DNA of 64,000 nucleotides from Corallococcus sp. AB011P (GTDB lineage Bacteria; Myxococcota; Myxococcia; Myxococcales; Myxococcaceae): NCBI RefSeq assembly GCF_003611605.1, contig NZ_RAVX01000011.1, positions 4,811 to 68,810 of the forward strand, read 5' to 3'. Shown piece by piece: positions 56,299 to 64,000 of this stretch (position 1 is its first letter; each line of letters starts with the position of its first letter). The notes under the pieces were generated by a model. It saw only the letters and a program-made list of their open reading frames with translations, ran no database searches and was not told where the DNA came from. The position numbers and the translations under genes were made by a program.

Positions 56299-56997
56299 AT
56301 GAACACCCGACAGGGCCTCATCGTGTTGCTGGCCTTCAACGAAGAGGAGTGCATCGGCTCGACGGTGGCGGAGCTGCGCGAGGCGCTGCCGGAGTTCGAC
56401 GTGCTCGTCGTGGACGACGGTTCCCGCGACACCACTGCGCAGCGCGCGCGGGACAGCGGGGCGCGGGTGCTCAGCCATCCCTTCAACCTGGGCGTCGCCG
56501 CGGGCGAGGCCAGCGGCCTGTTGTTCGCGTCCCGCAACGGGTACGACCACGTCATCCGCATGGACGGCGACGGCCAGCATGATCCGGCGTCCGTGCCCGC
56601 GCTGCGCGAGGCGCTCCAGTCGGGCGTGGAGCTGGTCATCGGCAGCCGCTTCGCGGGCGTCACCAGCTTCCGCTCCACGTGGCTGCGCCGCTTCGGCAAC
56701 CGGTTCCTGGCGAGCCTCCTGTCCTCGCTGAGCCGCCACCGCATCACCGACCCCACCTCCGGCTTCCGGGGCTTCGGTCCGCAGGCGATCCGCTTCTTCG
56801 CGCGTGTCCACCCGCACGACTACCCGGAGCCGGAGAGCGTGCTGATGGCGGCGCGGCAGGGCTTCGCCATCTCGGAGGTGCCGGTGCGCATGCGGCCGCG
56901 CCTCACCGGCACCAGCTCGCTGACGCCGTGGAAGTCGGCCTTCTACATGGCGAAGGTGTCCTTCGCCCTGCTCATGGAGCGGGTCCGTCCCGTCTGA
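56299..56997 (+). CDS. Glycosyltransferase family 2 (polyprenyl-phosphate sugar transferase, DPM1/GtrB/ArnC-like)
   Basis: LIVLLAFNEEECIGSTV...VLVVDDGSRDTT...DGDGQHDP. Confidence 0.8.
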   Translation: MNTRQGLIVLLAFNEEECIGSTVAELREALPEFDVLVVDDGSRDTTAQRARDSGARVLSHPFNLGVAAGEASGLLFASRNGYDHVIRMDGDGQHDPASVPALREALQSGVELVIGSRFAGVTSFRSTWLRRFGNRFLASLLSSLSRHRITDPTSGFRGFGPQAIRFFARVHPHDYPEPESVLMAARQGFAISEVPVRMRPRLTGTSSLTPWKSAFYMAKVSFALLMERVRPV

Positions 56998-57413
56998 TGC
57001 CCATGCTTCGCTCCAGCCTCATTGGCGTGGCCTTCGCGGCCGCCTTCGCCTGCAGCGTCCTGTGGTCAGCCCGGGGCCGGCGCACCAGCGAGCGGCACAC
57101 CTTCGCGTGGCTGCTGGTGGCGGCGGCCATCGCGGGCCTGTCGCTGTGGCGCCACGGCATCGACGCGCTGGCGACGGCCATGGGCATCTACTACGCCCCG
57201 TCCGCCCTCTTCTTCATCGCCCTGACGTGCCTCATGTGGCTGGTGTACCGGCTGAGCCTCCAGGTGGCCGACCAGCGCCAGCAGCTCAAGCGGCTGGCCC
57301 AGGAGGTCGCCCTGCTCACGTCCGCGGAGGCCGAGCGCGCCGCGCTTGCGCAGCCCCGTCCTGAAACCGTCTCCCCCACCGTCGCAGCCCGGCGCGACTC
57401 GCACGCCGTCTGA
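56997..57413 (+). CDS. Small membrane protein (DUF2304-like) coupled to GT2 (TGATG overlap)
   Basis: MPMLRSSLIGVAFAAAFACSVLW...: three TM helices, usually paired with DPM1-like GT2. Confidence 0.5.
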   Translation: MPMLRSSLIGVAFAAAFACSVLWSARGRRTSERHTFAWLLVAAAIAGLSLWRHGIDALATAMGIYYAPSALFFIALTCLMWLVYRLSLQVADQRQQLKRLAQEVALLTSAEAERAALAQPRPETVSPTVAARRDSHAV

Positions 57414-57439
57414 GGGCCCACCGGGCCCATCCGTCCTCC

Positions 57440-58837
57440 ATGCCTCCGTCTTCACCGCCCCCGTCCCCGCTGCGTCCGTTCTTCATCGCGCCCGTCGTGG
57501 CCTTCCTCGTCGTGGCCGCCGTGCTGGGCGCGGTGCTGAGCTTCCTCACGCCCCCGTTCCAGGTGGCGGACGAGCCGGCGCACTTCTACCGCGCGTACCA
57601 GGTCTCCCAGGGGCAGCTGACGGCCACGCGGATTCCTGGAGGTGACGCGGGCGGGCAGCTCCCGCGCAGCATCGTCCGGGTGGCGCAGGACGTGTCCGCG
57701 GGCGTGGGCGGCAACCCCGCGGCGCGCCAGGACCGGCAGCGCCTGAGCGAAGCGATGCACGCGGCGCTGGCGCCCCAGGACACCCAGGAGTGGGGCTTCG
57801 CCGCGTCCGCCATCTACTTCCCGCTGGTCTACTTCCCGCAGTCGCTGGGCATGGCGCCCGCACGGCTGTTGGAGGCGCCCCCGGTGGTGGTGCTGTGGGC
57901 GGGCCGGCTGGGCAACATGCTGGTGGCGCTGGTGCTCACCGCGGTGGCGCTGCGCCTGATGCCCTTCCAGCGGTGGGCCTTCGCGCTGCTGGCGCTCACG
58001 CCCATGGTGCTCTTCCAGCGCGCGTCCGTGTCCGCGGACCCCATCACGATGTCGGCGTGCCTGCTGCTGGTGGCGCTGTCGCTGCACTTCACTTTCGCGC
58101 ACCCGGAGCCGCTGGGCGCGAAGCAGCTGGGCCTGCTGCTGGCGAGCGCGGTGTTCGTGGCGCTGTGCAAGCAGGCCTACCTGCCGCTGACGTTGGTGTT
58201 CCTGCTGCTGCCGCTCACCCGGCTGGGGACGCGCGGCCGCTACGCCCTGGCCCTGGCCGCCATCGTCGCCGTGCCCGCGCTGCTCCAGTTCGCGTGGTCC
58301 TCCACGGTGCGGGACATCTTCCGCCCCAGCGAGGTGGTGGCGCAGGTGGCCCACGTGCGCGCGCACCCCTTCCAGGTGCTGGGCGTGCTGGTGAGTGACT
58401 TCTGGCAGAAGCTGCCGGACTTCCTGCACCAGGGCGGCGGCGTGCTGGGCTGGCTGGACACGCCGGTGCCCCGCTCCGCCCTCCTCGCCCTGGCCGCGCT
58501 GCTCTTCGGGGTGATGGCGCTGGACGCCGACAGGGCCGCGCCGAAGGTGGGCTGGCGCGAGCGCGCGGTGGCGTTGGGGGTGGCGGTGGCGGGCGTGCTG
58601 GCCATCCAGGCCATGCTGTACCTGGCGTGGACGGCGCCGGGCGCGAACCACGTGGACGGGGTGCAGGGCCGCTACCTGCTGCCCTACGCGCCGCTGCTGG
58701 TGGTGGCGCTGGCCCCGCCCGCCTGGGCGCCGCGCGCGCTGACGCGCTTCAAGCCGGTGCTCATCGCCGGCTTCATCCTGCTCACCGCGGCGGTGACGCT
58801 CACCACGGTGTACCAGCGCTACTACGGCCCGGCGTAA
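57440..58837 (+). CDS. Polytopic membrane protein (DUF2142-like; putative lipid-linked sugar acceptor/glycosyltransferase)
   Basis: About 11 predicted TM helices. The GT2 + small membrane protein + large membrane protein triad is typical of this arrangement. Confidence 0.55.
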   Translation: MPPSSPPPSPLRPFFIAPVVAFLVVAAVLGAVLSFLTPPFQVADEPAHFYRAYQVSQGQLTATRIPGGDAGGQLPRSIVRVAQDVSAGVGGNPAARQDRQRLSEAMHAALAPQDTQEWGFAASAIYFPLVYFPQSLGMAPARLLEAPPVVVLWAGRLGNMLVALVLTAVALRLMPFQRWAFALLALTPMVLFQRASVSADPITMSACLLLVALSLHFTFAHPEPLGAKQLGLLLASAVFVALCKQAYLPLTLVFLLLPLTRLGTRGRYALALAAIVAVPALLQFAWSSTVRDIFRPSEVVAQVAHVRAHPFQVLGVLVSDFWQKLPDFLHQGGGVLGWLDTPVPRSALLALAALLFGVMALDADRAAPKVGWRERAVALGVAVAGVLAIQAMLYLAWTAPGANHVDGVQGRYLLPYAPLLVVALAPPAWAPRALTRFKPVLIAGFILLTAAVTLTTVYQRYYGPA

Positions 58838-58889
58838 AGGCCCGGGCCCGGGGCTTCGTCACTTCCAGCAACCACACCACCCCCGCGGT

Positions 58890-61800
58890 TCAGCGGTGGG
58901 TGGCCGCGGCGCTGGCGGTTCCCTGGGACGTGCTTCGCGCGGCGGGTGGGGTCACGAGGCCGGCCAGGAGCGAGTGGAGCTCGCGGGCCTGGGTCACGTA
59001 GTCGCGCACGGCGGCGCGATGGGGGTTCTGGTACCGCGCCAGACGCTCCGGGTGGGCCATCAGGTCGCGCAGCACGCGGCGGTAGCCGTCGGCGTCCCCA
59101 ATGGCCAGGACGTTGCCGTTGACGCCATCCACGATGTCCTCGCTGACGCCGCCCGACGCCGTGGTGACCACCCACACGTTCCGGGCCAGGGCCTCGCGCA
59201 CCGCCAACCCGAAGCTCTCCTTCCACTGCGAGGGCATCAGCAGCACGTCCACGCCGTCGAAGAAGGCGTCCAGCCCGTCCTGATCGTACGGAGGCACCAC
59301 CTCCACCTGACCCTTCACCTTCCATTCCTTCGCGTCGATGGCGGCAGGCCCAAGGCGCAGCTGGATGTCGGTCATCTTCAGGACCCAGCTGGACTCCGGC
59401 ACCGACTCCAGGATGTCCTTGAGCCAGAAGTACCCCTTGTGCACCGCGCGGCCGCCCAGGTAGGCGAAGCGCACGGGGGCATTCGCGGGGCGCGGGGCGC
59501 GCTCCCGGCCGGGCATCAGCACGCCGTTCTTGTTCACGACGATGCGCTCCGGCGCGATGCCGTTGGCGAGGTAGAGCTGGCGCTGGAACTCGCTGGGCGT
59601 CATCAGCAGGGCCGCGCCGTCCAGCACCTTGCGCAGGGCGAACGTGCGCTTGAAGGTGTAGCGCGAGTCCGGCATGCACTTGGAGCACACGCGCAGGTCG
59701 ATGGCCTTCTGGTCGCAGTACGAGTTGTCCTCGCGGACCATGAACTGCCGCTCGCACAGCCACCACGCGTCATGGAGGGTGATGGTGTACGGGATGCCCT
59801 CCGCGGCGCACGCCGTTGCGAGCGTGGCGCTCAAGAGCTGGATGGAGTGGAAGTGCACCACGTCCGGGCGCACCGTCTTGAGCACCTGGGTGAAGGTCTC
59901 CCCCATGCGCGGGTTCTGGTACTCCTGGGCGCGGTCGGTGAGGGACGGCACCTTGGTGGCGATGACGGGCAGGCCCATCGCCTCGTAGCGCACCACCGAA
60001 TAGTCGGGCAGCGTCGAGCCCACGATGCCGGTGAACACGGTGACGTCGCAGCCCTCCGCCTTCAGCCGGTCCGACACCTGCTCCGCGACGATGGTGGCCC
60101 CACCGAAGCTCAAGGGCGCGAAGAGGACGTTGACCGCCAGCACCTTGAGGCGCGGCGGCTGCGCGGGCGGCAGGTGCTGGAGGATGGGCTGGAGCCGCTC
60201 CGTGGCCACCACCGCGGGGTGGTAGCGCGCCATCACGCTGCGGTGGGCCTCCTCGCCCATGCGCTTGCGCAGCGACGCGTCCTGCACCAGCGCGGACAGC
60301 GCGGACTCCCACTCCTCACGGGTGGTGGCGAGGAAGCCGTTGCGGCCGTGCTCGAGGATCTCCCGGAACGGCCCGGTGCTGGAGCACACCGCGGGCACGC
60401 GGAAGACGGACGCCTCGATGAACTTGATGTTGCTCTTGGCTTCGTTGAAGACCGTCGGCTCCAGCGGCGCGATGGAGATCTGCCAGGACGCGAGCGCGCG
60501 CAGGTAGTCTTCCGCGTCCAGGAAGGGGATGCGGAAGATGCGGTCGGAGAAGCGCTTGAAGCCCTCCGGCAGCTCCAGGTAGCCGTGGATGGCCAGGCGC
60601 ACGTTCGCATGGCGCTCCATCACCGCGAGGATGGCGTCGGCGGCGATGGTGAAGTCGGCGTCGTGCGTGCGCGTTCCGCTGCCGTAGCCGATGGTGACCC
60701 AGTCCGGCTCCACCGCGGGCGGGCGCGCCTCCATCTCCTTCGCGACCTCCAGGATGACGTCGTCCAGGCAGTTCTCGACGATGTAGACCTTGCCGGAGTT
60801 GGCCTTGGCCATCTCCTTCGCGAGGGTGGGCGTGCTGGCGATGGCGTTCGCACTCAGGCTGAGCGCCCTGCGGTATTGCCTCACGCCGTTGATCAGCAGC
60901 TCGCGCTCGGCGGCGGGCAGCCGCAGCACGTTGGAGTTCCGCTCGTACTCCTCCACGTCGAAGATGAGGTCGTCGACATCGAAGAAGTGCGGGAGTCCCA
61001 GGCGCCGGGTCTCCGCCAGCAACTCCTCCACTGCCGGGTAGGCGGGCACGCGGTAGTAGATGACCAGGCCGTGGAACTGGAGCGCGGCCTTGCACTCCGC
61101 GTGGTCGTGCCAGTTCACGACGGTGACGTCGTACCCGAGCCGGTGGAACATGGCGACCTTCTGATCCACGCGGTAGCGCTTGCACTGGGGCAGCGACAGC
61201 TCCGCGATGATCAGGATGCGTTGGCCCATGCTGGCCTGGGAGACCTGCGTCAGCGGCACGGTCCACGGAGCCGGGGGCGCGGGCGGCGCGCTCGGGGCCG
61301 GGGCGATGACCGCCGTGGAGGGGGCGACGGGGTTGGCCGGCGTGAGGGCCGCCTTGGCGGCGCGCAGCGCCTGGAGCGCGCGCTGCTTCGCGGGCAGCCG
61401 GATCAGCTTCGCGCCCACCTTGTGCAGCGTGCCCTTGCTCTGCTGGTAGAAGTGGCCGCGCTTCGTGCCGGGGGGCAGCACGCGCTCGCGCATGGCCCAG
61501 TAGCGGTTGATGGCCTTCCAGGCGAGGCTGCCGTTGATGTGCGCCAGCTCCGAGCCCTGGCGTGACACGTGCGCATCCAGTTCGTGGATGCGGGCGTTCT
61601 TGCGGCCCAGCTCGTCCTGGAGCATCCGCTGGGCCAGGCCCAGCCGCGCGAGCCGGCCTTCGGTCTCGCGCAGGGTGCTCGCGGTGTCGCGTGCCGCTTC
61701 ACGGGCGGCGTCCAGCTCCGTCTGGAGCTGCTGCGCCTGGCGCGCGTGGTCCGCGGCCTGCTGTTCCTTCTGTCCGTAGGCGTCGCGCAGGTGCTGCTGG

Positions 61801-62507
61801 TGCAGCAGGAGCGTCAGGCGCCCGCCCAGCGTGGCGAAGGCCTGCCGCAGGTGTTCGCGCTCCGCGTCGCGGGTGCTCGTCAGGGCCACCATCCCTTCCG
61901 GCTGCTCCGGGCCCACGGCGAGCACGCCCAGACCGAAGCCGTGCTCGAACTCGAAGGAGGGATGCAGGCCCCGGATTTCCTCCCACAGCCGCCAGACGCC
62001 GAAGTTGCGCTCGCGCACCTGGGTGTCGTGGAAGAGGATGACGCCGCGCGCGCTCATCTTGGGGCGCCAGCGCTCGAAGTCCGCCTTCACTTGCTCGTAT
62101 TCGTGGCAACCATCGATGTGGAGCAGGTCGACGGAGCCATCCGCGAACTGGCTCAGGGCCTCATCGAAGGTCATCGGGTGCAGCTGGGAGAACCGGCTGT
62201 AGAGCGGGTCATGGTGCGCGCGCAGGTCCGCGAGCACCTCCGTCCCGTAGAAGCCCGCGTGCGCGTCACCCTTCCAGGTGTCCACCGCGTGGCAGCGCGT
62301 CTCCAGCTTCAGCGCGTCCACCGCCTGGCAGAACGCGGAGTAGGACACGCCGGTGTGCGTGCCCAGCTCCACCAGTGTCGAGGGACGCAGCAGGTCCACC
62401 AGGAACATCGCGAACGGGACGTGCTCCACCCAGGCGGAGGAGGCCAGCAGCCGCAGGGGCTGCGTAAGGCAGAGGGGGTGTTCCAGGGGATTGAGCTGTG
62501 GATGCAT
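58890..62507 (-). CDS. Tri-modular polysaccharide synthase: N-terminal class I methyltransferase (TylF/CmcI-like), about 150-aa coiled coil, then two GT4 glycosyltransferase domains
   Basis: ATG 62507 ([11 protein letters not shown]...). MT: [25 protein letters not shown]...[18 protein letters not shown]. Coiled coil: [55 protein letters not shown]... Two GT4-like domains. The opposite-strand ORFs are shadows. Confidence 0.7.
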   Translation of the reverse strand: MHPQLNPLEHPLCLTQPLRLLASSAWVEHVPFAMFLVDLLRPSTLVELGTHTGVSYSAFCQAVDALKLETRCHAVDTWKGDAHAGFYGTEVLADLRAHHDPLYSRFSQLHPMTFDEALSQFADGSVDLLHIDGCHEYEQVKADFERWRPKMSARGVILFHDTQVRERNFGVWRLWEEIRGLHPSFEFEHGFGLGVLAVGPEQPEGMVALTSTRDAEREHLRQAFATLGGRLTLLLHQQHLRDAYGQKEQQAADHARQAQQLQTELDAAREAARDTASTLRETEGRLARLGLAQRMLQDELGRKNARIHELDAHVSRQGSELAHINGSLAWKAINRYWAMRERVLPPGTKRGHFYQQSKGTLHKVGAKLIRLPAKQRALQALRAAKAALTPANPVAPSTAVIAPAPSAPPAPPAPWTVPLTQVSQASMGQRILIIAELSLPQCKRYRVDQKVAMFHRLGYDVTVVNWHDHAECKAALQFHGLVIYYRVPAYPAVEELLAETRRLGLPHFFDVDDLIFDVEEYERNSNVLRLPAAERELLINGVRQYRRALSLSANAIASTPTLAKEMAKANSGKVYIVENCLDDVILEVAKEMEARPPAVEPDWVTIGYGSGTRTHDADFTIAADAILAVMERHANVRLAIHGYLELPEGFKRFSDRIFRIPFLDAEDYLRALASWQISIAPLEPTVFNEAKSNIKFIEASVFRVPAVCSSTGPFREILEHGRNGFLATTREEWESALSALVQDASLRKRMGEEAHRSVMARYHPAVVATERLQPILQHLPPAQPPRLKVLAVNVLFAPLSFGGATIVAEQVSDRLKAEGCDVTVFTGIVGSTLPDYSVVRYEAMGLPVIATKVPSLTDRAQEYQNPRMGETFTQVLKTVRPDVVHFHSIQLLSATLATACAAEGIPYTITLHDAWWLCERQFMVREDNSYCDQKAIDLRVCSKCMPDSRYTFKRTFALRKVLDGAALLMTPSEFQRQLYLANGIAPERIVVNKNGVLMPGRERAPRPANAPVRFAYLGGRAVHKGYFWLKDILESVPESSWVLKMTDIQLRLGPAAIDAKEWKVKGQVEVVPPYDQDGLDAFFDGVDVLLMPSQWKESFGLAVREALARNVWVVTTASGGVSEDIVDGVNGNVLAIGDADGYRRVLRDLMAHPERLARYQNPHRAAVRDYVTQARELHSLLAGLVTPPAARSTSQGTASAAATHR

Positions 62508-62658
62508 GTTCGTGGCGTCCGGAAGGCCGACCCTCGCCGCAGGCAAGGCACGCCCCCCTCTCCTTGACGGATGTCTTCCATGTCATCCCCCTCCGGGGAG
62601 CGTCAAGGCTGGCAGGCCGCCCGGTCCTCATGGAAGGAGGCGCGTTCGCTGTTCTTTT

Positions 62659-64000
62659 CTACGGTGTCTGGACGAAGTCGAGGCGCGGATGGCCGGAGGC
62701 ATCGGTCCGTCCCGCGCGGACCCACGCATCACGCAGCCGGTCGGCGTCGTGGAAAGCCGAGGGTGCGCCAACCCGCGAGCGGGTGCGCACGAGTCGCGCG
62801 TGGGGTGCGTAGAGGACGCGCAGCCCGGCTTCGCCCGCGCGCAGACACAGGTCCACGCCCCGCGCCTCGTCGGACGTGAAGGCCGCGTCCCAACCTCCGA
62901 GCGACTCCAGGACCTCGCGGCGGATCATCGCGCAGGCGCTGGAGACGGCGAGTACGTCGCGCGGCCAATGCGAGCCTCCGAACGCGCCGAGCGTGGGATC
63001 GAACAGCCCCGCGAAGGGGCGCAGCACCCGACCCTCGGGGTCGAAGCGCAAGCCGGCCTCCAGCACCTGCCCCGCGGTAGAAACGATGCGCGCGCCCACC
63101 ACGCCGACACCGGGACGCGAGGCCTGCGACGCGAGCTCCATCAGCCAGCCCGGTCCGGTCGGGAGCGTACCGGCCTCCAGGACGAGGATGAGCTCGCCCC
63201 GGGCCTCGCGCAGCAGCCGGTTCGCCACGGCGCCCGGGGTCGCGGCCGCGTCCACCTGGACGTGGATGGTGTCGCCGGTGAAGGAAGCGTCTGGGGACGA
63301 AACAGGGACGCGGACCTCCACGTCCAAGCCGTCCGTGAAGGCGAGGAGCGCCGCGAGTTCGGCCTCGGTGGGCGCTTCCGGCAGCAGCACGGACACCCGG
63401 GGGCGGCCCACGAGCGGGTGGCGGATCCGGTACAGCCCTGGCGCGACCGTCTCCGCCGAGCCGCCCTCCCCCATGCGCGCCAGGTGCTCCGCCACGGCCC
63501 TGCGGCCCGCTTCGGAGGCCGCGGGCTTCGCGCTGGCGTCCGTGGCCGTGGAGCCGGGCAGCGTCCGCCAGTGGTACAGCACGCGGGGGATGTGCTCGAA
63601 GCGCCGCGTGCGCTCCATCAGGCGCAGGAGCAGGTCGTGGTCCTGCGCGCCCTCGAAGCCCGGGCGGATGCCGCCCACCTCACGCAGCAGCGATGCACGC
63701 ACCACGAGGAAGTGGCACACGTAGTTCACCGCGCGCAGCAGCTCCGGGGACAGCGCGGGCTTCAGGTAGGGCGCGAAGCGCAGCCCCCGCGCGTCCACCT
63801 TGTCCTCGTCCGAGTAGACGACGTCCGCGTCCGGCGCTTCACCCAGCCGCAGCGCGACCTCGGCCAACGCGTGCGGCGCCAGCAGGTCGTCGTGGTCGAG
63901 GAAGCCCACGTACTCCCCGGTGGCCAGGGCCAGCGCGGCGTTGGTCGCGAGGGCGATGCCCTGGTTCGACTCCAGCCGCGCGAAGCGGATCCGCGCGTCG
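62659..64000 (-). CDS. Two-domain glycosyltransferase family 2 protein, 5' end beyond window
   Basis: Reverse translation through 64000 reads ...NQGIALATNAALALATGEYVGFLDHDDLLAPHALAE... (GT2 DxD). A second GT2-like domain follows. No start is present within the window. Confidence 0.7.
   Translation of the reverse strand, partial: DARIRFARLESNQGIALATNAALALATGEYVGFLDHDDLLAPHALAEVALRLGEAPDADVVYSDEDKVDARGLRFAPYLKPALSPELLRAVNYVCHFLVVRASLLREVGGIRPGFEGAQDHDLLLRLMERTRRFEHIPRVLYHWRTLPGSTATDASAKPAASEAGRRAVAEHLARMGEGGSAETVAPGLYRIRHPLVGRPRVSVLLPEAPTEAELAALLAFTDGLDVEVRVPVSSPDASFTGDTIHVQVDAAATPGAVANRLLREARGELILVLEAGTLPTGPGWLMELASQASRPGVGVVGARIVSTAGQVLEAGLRFDPEGRVLRPFAGLFDPTLGAFGGSHWPRDVLAVSSACAMIRREVLESLGGWDAAFTSDEARGVDLCLRAGEAGLRVLYAPHARLVRTRSRVGAPSAFHDADRLRDAWVRAGRTDASGHPRLDFVQTP

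Noticed and set aside
58896-62567. Plus-strand ORFs 58896..61565 and 61569..62567 opposite the 1205-aa synthase
   Set aside because: Shadow frames; the minus-strand protein has methyltransferase and GT4 motifs throughout.

Overview
This is a high-GC (about 68-70%) window from a myxobacterial-type chromosome; the MYXO-CTERM sorting tail and a TIGR02265-like paralog point to Myxococcus/Corallococcus. It is densely coding on both strands, with about 56 CDS. I found no rRNA, tRNA, CRISPR array, transposase or integrase. Many long ORFs in the supplied six-frame track are antisense shadows typical of high-GC DNA and are rejected below. The main components are: (i) an 11-gene, translationally coupled minus-strand operon (1142-10056) ending 52 bp upstream of a Ski2-like SF2 helicase gene. 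It encodes six paralogous proteins with conserved N- and C-terminal motifs, three PASTA modules, an OmpA-like module, a TPR protein and a protein of tandem ribosomal L7/L12 C-terminal-domain-like repeats. None of its products has a signal peptide. I cannot place it in any described system, so it is my top candidate for a novel system. (ii) Housekeeping and regulatory genes: a Hanks Ser/Thr kinase, a Pat-type acetyltransferase, a divergent LysR/NmrA pair, tgt, an ABC-F ATPase (YbiT-like), a UvrC/Cho-like nuclease, and a divergent HxlR/GST pair. (iii) Two low-GC islets (about 55-58% GC). One (21951-23688) carries a secreted PD-(D/E)xK-like protein followed by a putative immunity protein. The other (about 35800-39950) is bracketed by about 55-bp near-identical direct repeats and encodes a DUF4041/T5orf172 membrane protein, a membrane-anchored SIR2-like protein (a candidate defence module) and a lower-GC copy of a resident Cys-rich lipoprotein family. 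(iv) A pseudokinase and a pentapeptide-repeat protein. (v) A polysaccharide/O-antigen-like locus: rfbBDAC, GT4, GT2, two small-molecule methyltransferases, and a large methyltransferase / coiled-coil / two-GT4 fusion protein. Start codons were checked by reading the sequence where stated; some remain uncertain.
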